From positions 1 through 38,142 of the IMG/VR virus record IMGVR_UViG_3300020044_008842: a stretch of 38,142 nt of DNA. One strand, 5' to 3'. Of this stretch, positions 29,306 to 36,790 are shown piece after piece. The position numbers and the translations under genes were made by a program. Positions within the stretch are counted from its first letter, which is position 1. The number at the start of each line of letters is the position of its first letter. The notes under the pieces are model-generated. The model did no database searches and was not told the origin of the DNA. It saw only the letters and a list, made by a program, of their open reading frames with translations. Source of the DNA: a virus. Its lineage: Duplodnaviria; Caudoviricetes.

Positions 29306-29509
29306 TTAGAGGCCGAGTTCAGAGAGAAGGTCGTCGGCGTTGATGGGAGCGGCTTTGGTGCGGGGTTTGGATGATGTCTGCGGCATGTTGAGGCGTTCGG
29401 CCCGGAGAAGGGTGATAGCCTCGCGGCAGTCTTCAGTCGTCATCGTGCCGTTGCGGCCTTTTTCTCTGAGAACCGCGATGCGTTGCTGGATTTCAAGGGA
29501 TACGGACAT
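29306..29509 (-). CDS. Hypothetical 67-aa protein ending DDLLSELGL
   Basis: GGAG RBS; helical; shares a C-terminal motif with two other proteins. Confidence 0.75.
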   Translation of the reverse strand: MSVSLEIQQRIAVLREKGRNGTMTTEDCREAITLLRAERLNMPQTSSKPRTKAAPINADDLLSELGL

Positions 29510-29528
29510 AAGGTTCAGGCTCCGTGGG

Positions 29529-29568
29529 AAACTCCCGGTGATTTGGAATATATAATCACCGGGAGATT
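29529..29568 (+). promoter_or_regulatory. 40-bp palindromic repeat, copy 3
   Basis: AAACTCCCGGTGATTTGGAATATATAATCACCGGGAGATT. Confidence 0.8.
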
Positions 29569-29591
29569 AGATCAAATGGTTTCGAGGGCTG

Positions 29592-29768
29592 TTAGGACAG
29601 TGCCCGTATGAGCAAGAGTCGCAGAGCCTGCTCTGTCGAGTAGAGGTCTTCATAGGTTTCGGTGTCTGCCTTCTCGTGATACCGACGGGCCGCATCCTTG
29701 TAGCCGGATAGGAGACCTTCGACCTGAGTGTGGAGTTTTTCGTGGTCAGTAATGGGTTCAAGCAACAT
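29592..29768 (-). CDS. Hypothetical protein
   Basis: GGAGG RBS within the helicase 3' end; helical. Confidence 0.55.
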   Translation of the reverse strand: MLLEPITDHEKLHTQVEGLLSGYKDAARRYHEKADTETYEDLYSTEQALRLLLIRALS

Positions 29769-31161
29769 GGAGTTCCTCCCTCTGCCTCGTGCAGGCGACA
29801 TACAATGAACGAAAAGCCTCCCCGCGATTGCGGTTAAGCATGATGTCTTCGAGATCGACGAAGACTTTGGTATAGGACGATCCCTGGCTTCGATGCGAGG
29901 TTATCGCATAGGAGTGGCGGACTTCGTTGAAGGCTTCCTTGAGTTGCCAGAACTCCCGCCATTTATACTTCTTCCCGGATTTGGCTTCCATGGACAGTTC
30001 ATTGAGGCGGTTGTTGAGGGCGAACTGGCCCGAGGGTGTGAGGGTTCGTATTGTGACTTTCCGCTCGGATTCGTCAAGTGCCAAGAGGTTGAAGATCTCA
30101 AACTCGGAGTATTTCGGATGCTGGCCGAGGGCGACTTCGAGAACAGTGGCTTCTTCATCCGTCCGCATGAAGACTTCGTCTTGGAGGTTTTTGAGCATGG
30201 CTGTCGCGACGATCTTGTCACCTGGAAGCCACTGGTTCTCGCGGGATTCCTTCCGGCCGAAGATGAGGGAGCGGAGATAAGCATTGTGGGCGTCGACGGT
30301 GACGTTGCGCCAAGCGATGACCTTGGCCTCACCGGATTTGAAGAGGGTGAGATTGGCCTCGATGTGATTGAGCCAGTCGGCCCGCGAGTGGCGGAAGACC
30401 GGGGGCTTGGTTTCGATCTTTACTGACGGGAAGGGGTTGTCGACGACTTGGCGGATGGCTGTCGCCAGGTCAAGCATGGAGTTGCCATAGCGCATGACCT
30501 GGGTGAGTTCTGCCCCGTTGGGAAGTTTCCAGACAGGTGCGGTGATTTCCCCGACTGGCGGGAGCTGGGCCGGATCACCCATGAAGATGAACGGGACAGA
30601 CCATTCGTCATAAGCGTCTCGAATGGCGTCCATGAGGAAGCGATTGACCATCGAGGCTTCATCGACGACGATGACTTTAAAGCCGGATAGGTCGACGGGT
30701 TCGTCGGGCTTGGCGAGTTCTTTCACCTCTCCGTTGGCTTGAAGGGACAGCCCGAGCAGTGAATAAATCGTCTTTGTCGGAGACCCATGCAAGCCGGCGG
30801 AGTCGAGATAGTTCCGCAGAACCTTAACGGCTTTGTTGGTCGGAGCGGTGAAGCAGATTTGGGAGGGGCGGAAGCGTGGGGTTCCATCATCGAGACGCTC
30901 CTTGGCTAGGAGAGTGATGGAGTAGGACTTGCCGGTTCCGGCATAGCCTCGGAGGACGAAGAAGTCCTGTCGGGCCGCGAGGAAGTCGAGCATGGAGGCG
31001 AGGGCTGAGGCTTGTTCAGGAGTGGGTGGGAAAGCCGGGGCCTGGGCTGGGACGGTGTAGGGACAACAGTCGCACGAACCTTCGGAGTAGACGCGGCCAG
31101 CAGCGCATTCGGGACAGGGGGTGGAAGGTTCGTCGTTGAACTTCGGGGTTGTTAGGGTCAC
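29758..31161 (-). CDS. Dda/RecD-like SF1B DNA helicase
   Basis: GYAGTGKS, APTNKA, DEASM, GDPAQLPPV, YAITSHRSQGS and YVACTR motifs. Confidence 0.92.
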   Translation of the reverse strand: MTLTTPKFNDEPSTPCPECAAGRVYSEGSCDCCPYTVPAQAPAFPPTPEQASALASMLDFLAARQDFFVLRGYAGTGKSYSITLLAKERLDDGTPRFRPSQICFTAPTNKAVKVLRNYLDSAGLHGSPTKTIYSLLGLSLQANGEVKELAKPDEPVDLSGFKVIVVDEASMVNRFLMDAIRDAYDEWSVPFIFMGDPAQLPPVGEITAPVWKLPNGAELTQVMRYGNSMLDLATAIRQVVDNPFPSVKIETKPPVFRHSRADWLNHIEANLTLFKSGEAKVIAWRNVTVDAHNAYLRSLIFGRKESRENQWLPGDKIVATAMLKNLQDEVFMRTDEEATVLEVALGQHPKYSEFEIFNLLALDESERKVTIRTLTPSGQFALNNRLNELSMEAKSGKKYKWREFWQLKEAFNEVRHSYAITSHRSQGSSYTKVFVDLEDIMLNRNRGEAFRSLYVACTRQREELHVA

Positions 31162-31252
31162 TTAGATTTCCTTTCGGATTAGAGCTTATCGCTCGGTGGT
31201 GGTTAGGTGGTTAAAGGCCCCTCGGCCATCTCAAGTGCGGTTGGTAGGTCGG

Positions 31253-31423
31253 TCATGGGGTCGGCTCCTCTATCGGATAGCTTTGGTCATCACGGTTCAG
31301 CCTGTGCGCGATCTCGGCGGCAAGTTCGTCATCCCATGCAGTCAGGATCGGGCTGGACTGGTTGCGCGAATAAATCAGCGGACCGATGGCGATTAGCGGG
31401 AAGTCTGATGCTTTGAGTTTCAT
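31253..31423 (-). CDS. Hypothetical protein
   Basis: Part of the translationally coupled early gene chain. Confidence 0.5.
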   Translation of the reverse strand: MKLKASDFPLIAIGPLIYSRNQSSPILTAWDDELAAEIAHRLNRDDQSYPIEEPTP

Positions 31424-31728
31424 TCTGTCGGCTCCTTCCACTGGCCGGATGCTTCGAGAGCGCGTTGTGCAATAAGGGAATTACCCTCCGCCTCAATGCA
31501 CGGATCATCTCTTATTTCCAGCAACCCCTTCCGCATCTCCGCAATAGCCTTATCCCTCTCGGCAAGGGCCTCGGATAGAACTGCGGCGGCGGCATGACTA
31601 CGGCCCTTGAACTCTCGGGTTCGCCAGCGGGGAACCATGTCGCAGTTTTCTAGGACTAACTGATCGGGGTCCAGACCGTCATGCTCGCACATCGCCCGCG
31701 CAATCTTCTCGATCATCGCATCATCCAT
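31420..31728 (-). CDS. Hypothetical protein
   Basis: MIEKIARAMC...DPD phage-type N-terminus; coupled chain. Confidence 0.55.
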   Translation of the reverse strand: MDDAMIEKIARAMCEHDGLDPDQLVLENCDMVPRWRTREFKGRSHAAAAVLSEALAERDKAIAEMRKGLLEIRDDPCIEAEGNSLIAQRALEASGQWKEPTE

Positions 31729-31885
31729 TGGTTTGGCGCTCCAACACAGCAGCACGATAAGCGGCCAAGTCTTTCGGTGCGGTCTGAAACGTCAGCAGAT
31801 ATTGCCGGTAATGATCGTCGCAGAACTCGCGGGCGGGGTTGGTGAACGTCGAGTGGCACTCACAGATGGGACAGGGTTCCGTCAT
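31721..31885 (-). CDS. Hypothetical small Cys-rich protein
   Basis: CPIC...FCDDH; ATGA coupling. Confidence 0.5.
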   Translation of the reverse strand: MTEPCPICECHSTFTNPAREFCDDHYRQYLLTFQTAPKDLAAYRAAVLERQTNG

Positions 31886-32073
31886 GGCTGCACTTCCTCT
31901 CTGTAGGCTTCGGCAAGTCGAAAGGTGTGACAATCCCGCCCGCCGTGGTTCAAGTCGAACGCTGGCCCATTGAAGCAACAGGCTCCGGTTCCGTTCTTAT
32001 GGTTCTTCCGCCAGTCACCGCATTCGCAATAGTCAAGCGGGTTAGGCGCGATCTGCTCTGGCGTTAGGGTCAT
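31882..32073 (-). CDS. Hypothetical small Cys-rich protein
   Basis: CECGD...H....C...C..F. Confidence 0.55.
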   Translation of the reverse strand: MTLTPEQIAPNPLDYCECGDWRKNHKNGTGACCFNGPAFDLNHGGRDCHTFRLAEAYREEVQP

Positions 32074-32113
32074 GGCGTCTTCGTCTCCTGCGCTAGTGCT
32101 TGTTGTTCAATGG

Positions 32114-32299
32114 TCAGCATGGCTGAGCCTCCTGCATCGGAGCAATGATAATCGTCAGTCCAGCAATAGCCTCGGCTCCGCGATGGGCTGTGACAGCTGC
32201 CTCAATACCTTCGAGCAGCGGGGTCAGCCCCGAGCGGTTGAGAGTTCCATAGACAGTCCCGGTCTCAGTCACGAGTTCGAATTGTGCCTGGAGCTTCAT
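32114..32299 (-). CDS. Hypothetical protein
   Basis: GAGG RBS; ATGA coupling. Confidence 0.55.
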   Translation of the reverse strand: MKLQAQFELVTETGTVYGTLNRSGLTPLLEGIEAAVTAHRGAEAIAGLTIIIAPMQEAQPC

Positions 32300-32481
32300 A
32301 CCTCAACCCCCCTTTCACGGAGCCATTCGGTGAAGAGGACTTCGCCTAGGGCAGAAATCGCGCCGAAAGGCACGCGGCCCTCGACCTCGGAATATAGCTG
32401 GGCCATGACGAGGCCGTGGACTTGCTCGGGGAGCTGGATTTCCAGAGCCTTCGGGCGGTTGATCTTACGTGGTCTGGGCAT
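32296..32481 (-). CDS. Putative ribbon-helix-helix-like DNA-binding protein
   Basis: Basic MPRPRK arm, alternating strand LEIQLP, then two helices. Confidence 0.5.
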   Translation of the reverse strand: MPRPRKINRPKALEIQLPEQVHGLVMAQLYSEVEGRVPFGAISALGEVLFTEWLRERGVEV

Positions 32482-32791
32482 TGGGATACTCCGCTACTGC
32501 TTGGAGGAATTTAAGGACTTCATTCGGGGTAAGTAGGGCGAGGGCATTATCCCCGTCGAAGTCAAAACCCTCGGGGTGAATCCAAGAACCTGTGGCATCC
32601 CACGCGGCAACTTCGGCGTTGGGGCTGGCGACGCCGCCTTTGGGGATGATGCCATAGCGCAACTGGTTTGTCCTACAGTAATTACCATAACCAAACTGGA
32701 CAGAAGCCGTGCACCCATTGTCGAAGGTGAGGTGAAAACCTTTGCTGTCAGTAATTGCCAACTGCACTGGTGTGTTAATAGGAAGGTGCAT
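32465..32791 (-). CDS. Hypothetical phage protein
   Basis: GGAGG RBS; F.NG...SVQFG.GNYC...AEVAAW. Confidence 0.65.
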   Translation of the reverse strand: MHLPINTPVQLAITDSKGFHLTFDNGCTASVQFGYGNYCRTNQLRYGIIPKGGVASPNAEVAAWDATGSWIHPEGFDFDGDNALALLTPNEVLKFLQAVAEYPNAQTT

Positions 32792-33290
32792 TGATATCCT
32801 CCTGAAGATAAGTCGGTGACATTGCGAGTTGGTCTTTGATCCGGGGGACTTCCACCGCATCGAGGATTGAGAAACCGTGATCTCCGCAGCAGTCCGCGCA
32901 GATATGCGAAGTTGCATACTGAACCATGACTTCGCGGGGAAGACCGAGGGCGGGCTTTGGTGTCCGGAGCCAGCGAGTGGTAGAGGGCTTCTTCACCATT
33001 TGCTGGACTTCCATGAACTGGAGGAAAGTCCGATGCGTGGAGCCACAGCCATCGCAACGCTGTTCAGTGAAGAGAGCAGTTGTCGAAACCGTCGCCCACT
33101 CTTCGGCTTCTAACAGCGCGTTGAGTTCGTGGTATTCCTCTGCGGCTCGGCGACGAACCGCCGATGGTAAGGTTACGGTATTCGCCCGCTTTTTCGCAGT
33201 GTCGCGGTCGGACTTGAGTTTGGACTTCGCGGTGGCTGCCGCGATCTCGAGATCGAGAACAGCGAAGAAGTCGTCGAGGGGTTCGGTCAC
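32775..33290 (-). CDS. Hypothetical zinc-binding protein
   Basis: CDGCG...CADC; GTGA coupling. Confidence 0.65.
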   Translation of the reverse strand: MTEPLDDFFAVLDLEIAAATAKSKLKSDRDTAKKRANTVTLPSAVRRRAAEEYHELNALLEAEEWATVSTTALFTEQRCDGCGSTHRTFLQFMEVQQMVKKPSTTRWLRTPKPALGLPREVMVQYATSHICADCCGDHGFSILDAVEVPRIKDQLAMSPTYLQEDINAPSY

Positions 33291-33538
33291 TTCAGCATCT
33301 CCTTGAGTTCGGCTTTGATCCGACGGGCGGTTGGCCCGCGCCAGGTGGAGGCATTGGCGAGGAAGTAGGCGACGACTGATCGACCGCTGTCTTCGTAGAA
33401 GCTGTCAGTGATCTTGTCGAGGTAAGCCATTGCGCTGAGGTATGGCCGCGCATAGATGTGGCTTGGGGATTTCTCCCAGCCGCTGGCTACAGCGTCCACG
33501 CGAATATCGCGGGCGATTGTGGAAAGTGATCTTGGCAT
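33287..33538 (-). CDS. Hypothetical phage protein (83 aa)
   Basis: AGGA RBS; RSLSTIA...PYL.AM...YFLANA.TWRG..A..IKAEL. Confidence 0.75.
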   Translation of the reverse strand: MPRSLSTIARDIRVDAVASGWEKSPSHIYARPYLSAMAYLDKITDSFYEDSGRSVVAYFLANASTWRGPTARRIKAELKEMLK

Positions 33539-33572
33539 GGTTTCCTAACTCCATTTATAAGCCGGGAAAGTT

Positions 33573-33612
33573 AAATCCCCGGTTATTATGTTTAGCAAAT
33601 TCCCGGCAATTA
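33573..33612 (-). promoter_or_regulatory. 40-bp palindromic repeat, copy 4 (inverted)
   Basis: Reverse complement TAATTGCCGGGAATTTGCTAAACATAATAACCGGGGATTT. Confidence 0.78.
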
Positions 33613-33637
33613 TGCAACCGATTTCGGAGTCTGGGCG

Positions 33638-33674
33638 AAGAAAAACCCCGGAAGACTGGCGGGCCTTCCGGGGT
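33638..33674 (-). terminator. Intrinsic terminator after the 191-aa gene
   Basis: ACCCCGGAAG...CTTCCGGGGT followed by TTTTCTT on the - strand. Confidence 0.85.
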
Positions 33675-33710
33675 CTCGATCAGCGGGGAGTTAGGACACC
33701 CGCTGAGAGA

Positions 33711-34286
33711 TTACTTCTTCGGCTTGACAGCTTCACCAGCATCCAGGCCGAGTTCACCGAGCAGGCTGTCCGTGTCGACAGCGGTCTTCGAGTTCTTGGC
33801 CTTCTCGGCTTCGAGGCGCTCGATGATCGGACGGAGCTGATTCGACCGGCGGAGAGCGAGCTTCTCGGCCTGGGTCTTCGGAGCGAGGAAGGCCTTGACA
33901 TCTTCGACCGACTTGCCCGAGGCTTCGACCAGCGCACGGATGAGGATGGAAGTTCCGGCGAAGGCACCGGCCTCACGACGGACCGACCACTCGCCGGCAG
34001 TCAGGCGAGTGATAAGGTCATCAACGGAAAGGACTGCATCGGCGACTTCGGTTTCGCCAGCGATCGCATCGCCGAGCTTCTGTTCCGCACCGTGGGCCGC
34101 GAAGCGAGTCATGAGTTCAGCCGGGATGGTGAACAGTCGGGTTTCACCATTAACGAAATCGAGGCGAACGCTGACGCCGGAATCGTTGATGGTCGAGGTC
34201 TTGACCAGCTTCTGCTTCTTGCCAAATTCGACAGTGCGGCCATCAGTCATGGTAACGGGGGTCTTGGTGGGGGCTTCAGTAGCCAT
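33711..34286 (-). CDS. Hypothetical protein, paralogue A (191 aa)
   Basis: GAAAGGA RBS, strongly biased codons, own promoter and terminator; similar to 36112..36654. Confidence 0.85.
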   Translation of the reverse strand: MATEAPTKTPVTMTDGRTVEFGKKQKLVKTSTINDSGVSVRLDFVNGETRLFTIPAELMTRFAAHGAEQKLGDAIAGETEVADAVLSVDDLITRLTAGEWSVRREAGAFAGTSILIRALVEASGKSVEDVKAFLAPKTQAEKLALRRSNQLRPIIERLEAEKAKNSKTAVDTDSLLGELGLDAGEAVKPKK

Positions 34287-34349
34287 TGGGGAAATCCTTT
34301 CGAGTTAACTGGGCAGGTGGGCAGGGAATTGCCATTGGTGCCGGGATTG

Positions 34350-34378
34350 AAAATGGACGAGGCGGGGGAGAACGTCAA
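34350..34378 (-). promoter_or_regulatory. Sigma70-like promoter for paralogue A
   Basis: TTGACG-N17-CATTTT. Confidence 0.45.
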
Positions 34379-34420
34379 TAGGGATTAGGGGCTGTGGCAG
34401 ACTTTTTCCCTATTGACATT

Positions 34421-34753
34421 TTAGATTTGGAGATTGGCGAGTTCTGGATTGAGGTCTAGGAGTTCGGAGACCTTAGTCGGGCGGGCCGTGAGGTAGAGAA
34501 GGGTTCCGCCGGGGGCAGTGTCGCGAGATAGGCGGAAGTCGAGGGTGAGTTCGAGGCGGGAGAGGGTTCGGTCATTCTCAGGCCGTTGACGAATGCACCA
34601 GCGGAATCGACGGAATAGGTCGATAAGGTCCGAGAGGTCGGAGGTCGTGGAGGACTGGAATAACTGCGGTTCGTGTGGGGAGGCTGCGGCCTTTCGCATG
34701 GTCTCCGCGAAGTAGGCCGGGAAGGTTTTCGGGTCTTTGTATCTCCATGACAT
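34421..34753 (-). CDS. Hypothetical protein
   Basis: GAGGGG RBS; TAATG coupling. Confidence 0.65.
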   Translation of the reverse strand: MSWRYKDPKTFPAYFAETMRKAAASPHEPQLFQSSTTSDLSDLIDLFRRFRWCIRQRPENDRTLSRLELTLDFRLSRDTAPGGTLLYLTARPTKVSELLDLNPELANLQI

Positions 34754-34956
34754 TAGACAAGCCCCTCGGTTTCGGAAATGTTACAATCCGGGCAGATTTC
34801 CAGCCATTGGTTATGGACCTTTCGGAGGGTCCAGCCGGCTTCATCCCGGATGATCCGAGCGAGGGAGAAGTCGACTTCCTCGGTATTGAGGTGTTCGTGG
34901 CAGCCGATGCCATCGCAGTGGAAGATGACTTCTTCGTTATCGCGGGTGATGGACAT
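34753..34956 (-). CDS. Small zinc-finger protein (67 aa)
   Basis: CDGIGC...GW......W...CPDC; GAGG RBS. Confidence 0.7.
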   Translation of the reverse strand: MSITRDNEEVIFHCDGIGCHEHLNTEEVDFSLARIIRDEAGWTLRKVHNQWLEICPDCNISETEGLV

Positions 34957-34960
34957 GGGG

Positions 34961-35395
34961 TCAGTCCTCTCGGGAGTAGAAGGGGTTTGAGCGGATAGGC
35001 CCGTCAGACTCCGGGAGGAAGTTTGCGAGGGTTTTGTTCGCATCGCGTTCTTCGGTGAGGAGGAGATCGTCACCTTCCAGCCCGAGGCGATGGAGTTCTC
35101 GCTCAAGTTCGGAGAGGGAGAGACGCTGGCGGAAGATGATTTTATGCGGGGCGGAAACGTCCGGACCCTTTTCGAGGAACACAACGAAGTGATCAGCTGC
35201 AGCGGAGAGTTCGGCATCGAACTGTTTGCCATGGCGATAAGGTCGGACTGCACGGTAGAGGCCCTGACGCATGGTGACAGCCATGTTGTAGTTCGAGGCG
35301 TTGATGGTCAGGGGATTGGCTTCATCTCGATCGGCCCAGGCCTTGCGCCAGATCGCGAGGTAGTAGCGGAATTCTGTGGAAAGTGGGCGGGCCAT
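34961..35395 (-). CDS. Hypothetical protein
   Basis: GAAGGA RBS; 144 aa. Confidence 0.7.
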   Translation of the reverse strand: MARPLSTEFRYYLAIWRKAWADRDEANPLTINASNYNMAVTMRQGLYRAVRPYRHGKQFDAELSAAADHFVVFLEKGPDVSAPHKIIFRQRLSLSELERELHRLGLEGDDLLLTEERDANKTLANFLPESDGPIRSNPFYSRED

Positions 35396-35461
35396 TGTGG
35401 CATCCTTCGGGCAGGGGGTAGATGGGGGATAGAACGGCTGGTCCTATCCCCCGAGGGTGAG

Positions 35462-35656
35462 TTATTCAGGCTCGTGGATTTCGCCGTCACCGCCGAGGTG
35501 GCAGTCGACGAAAAGCTGGGCATCGGATTCAGTGGCATAGCCCGTCGAGATGAGGATACCGTCCTTGACGACTGAATAACCCGAGCGCGCCGACGGGCCC
35601 TCGAGCACTTCAACTTCCGGTTCAACGAAGGGTTCGGTAGGTTCGGTCTCGGCCAT
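35462..35656 (-). CDS. Hypothetical acidic protein (64 aa), first early gene
   Basis: AAGGA RBS; lies downstream of the putative promoter. Confidence 0.65.
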   Translation of the reverse strand: MAETEPTEPFVEPEVEVLEGPSARSGYSVVKDGILISTGYATESDAQLFVDCHLGGDGEIHEPE

Positions 35657-35708
35657 TGGGAGTTCCTTGAGGTTGAGTGGTGGAAGCGGGAATAGCCCCG
35701 CGAGAATG

Positions 35709-35738
35709 ACGATAGTTTAATAACGGTCGGGAGGTCAA
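35709..35738 (-). promoter_or_regulatory. Sigma70-like early promoter
   Basis: TTGACC-N18-TATCGT. Confidence 0.5.
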
Positions 35739-35839
35739 CTAGGCATTGTCAGGGGAGAAAGTCCGTTGACACTATTGAGGGCCGAGGCTACGCGCACGCG
35801 CGCCCGCCCGCGTAGTATAGAAGGTGTTAGAACGAAGGG

Positions 35840-35879
35840 TTATTCCGGGGGATTAGGAAGACATAATCACCGGGGGATT
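35840..35879 (+). promoter_or_regulatory. 40-bp palindromic repeat, copy 5
   Basis: TTATTCCGGGGGATTAGGAAGACATAATCACCGGGGGATT. Confidence 0.75.
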
Positions 35880-36111
35880 TGAAAAGGTTTGGAAAATTGA
35901 TAAATCTCGCCTGTCCCCATAGTCGGCGGAGGGTCTAAGGTAGACTATGGGTTGAACCGAGAGGGGACTGGGGGAATTGGTTAGACCAATGCGGGGGAGA
36001 ATTTTTTTTCGAGTAGGTGCGTTTTTTTGTTGCAATCCTAATTCAGGCTATTAATGAGGGGGAACGGCAACGGAATAACCCGGTGCCGCAAACAGGAGTT
36101 AGGAACATACC

Positions 36112-36654
36112 ATGGCACGTAAGAACTCAATTATCTCGGCTAGTGTTGACGGAAACACTCTCTCCATCGCCGTTACCGATGCCGGGACTATCACTCTCGA
36201 CGTTTCGGCTCTCTCTGAGGAAATCCGCAACCGCGCAATGGTGCATGGCCTATTGCAGAAGGTTTCGGATGCCGCCGCTATCTCGAAGTCCGAATTGCCG
36301 GACAACCCTACGGATGCCGCGAAGGTGAAATTTGAGGCGATGTCCGCCGTCGCATCGCGGTTGATTGAGGGTGAATGGTCCAAGCGTTCCGGCGACGGCA
36401 CCGGTCCGGTGGCGGGGATTATCTACCGCGCGTTTGAGGAATGGGTTAATGGTCAATTCACCGCCGCGAAGAAGCCCATCCCCACGGCGGAGGCTACCCG
36501 CGCCAAATATGACGCTATGGACCGTCCGGCGCAGCTGGCCCTCCGTAACGTTCCCGCAATCGCGGCGATCATTGAGCGCATGAAATCCGAGCGCGGGCCG
36601 AAGGCATCGACGCAACCCGATGTGGATAGTCTGCTCGGTGAGTTAGGCCTATGA
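36112..36654 (+). CDS. Hypothetical protein, paralogue B (180 aa)
   Basis: AGGA RBS; similar to 33711..34286; ends DVDSLLGELGL. Confidence 0.85.
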   Translation: MARKNSIISASVDGNTLSIAVTDAGTITLDVSALSEEIRNRAMVHGLLQKVSDAAAISKSELPDNPTDAAKVKFEAMSAVASRLIEGEWSKRSGDGTGPVAGIIYRAFEEWVNGQFTAAKKPIPTAEATRAKYDAMDRPAQLALRNVPAIAAIIERMKSERGPKASTQPDVDSLLGELGL

Positions 36655-36731
36655 TTGGCGATACTCCCGGCCTAGCATGGAGTCTGATTGTCTTCGGCTT
36701 CCTCATATGGGCACTAACCCGCCGGGACTAA
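36651..36731 (+). CDS. 26-aa single-pass membrane peptide (not in ORF track)
   Basis: ATGA overlap with paralogue B; MIGDTPGLAWSLIVFGFLIWALTRRD*. Confidence 0.55.
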   Translation: MIGDTPGLAWSLIVFGFLIWALTRRD

Positions 36732-36752
36732 CCCTCTAACCCCCGCAACCTC

Positions 36753-36790
36753 TCCCCCGCTAGGCAGTCCCTAGCGGGGGATTTTGTTTG
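36753..36790 (+). terminator. Intrinsic terminator
   Basis: TCCCCCGCTAGG-cagtc-CCTAGCGGGGGA followed by TTTTGTTT. Confidence 0.9.
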
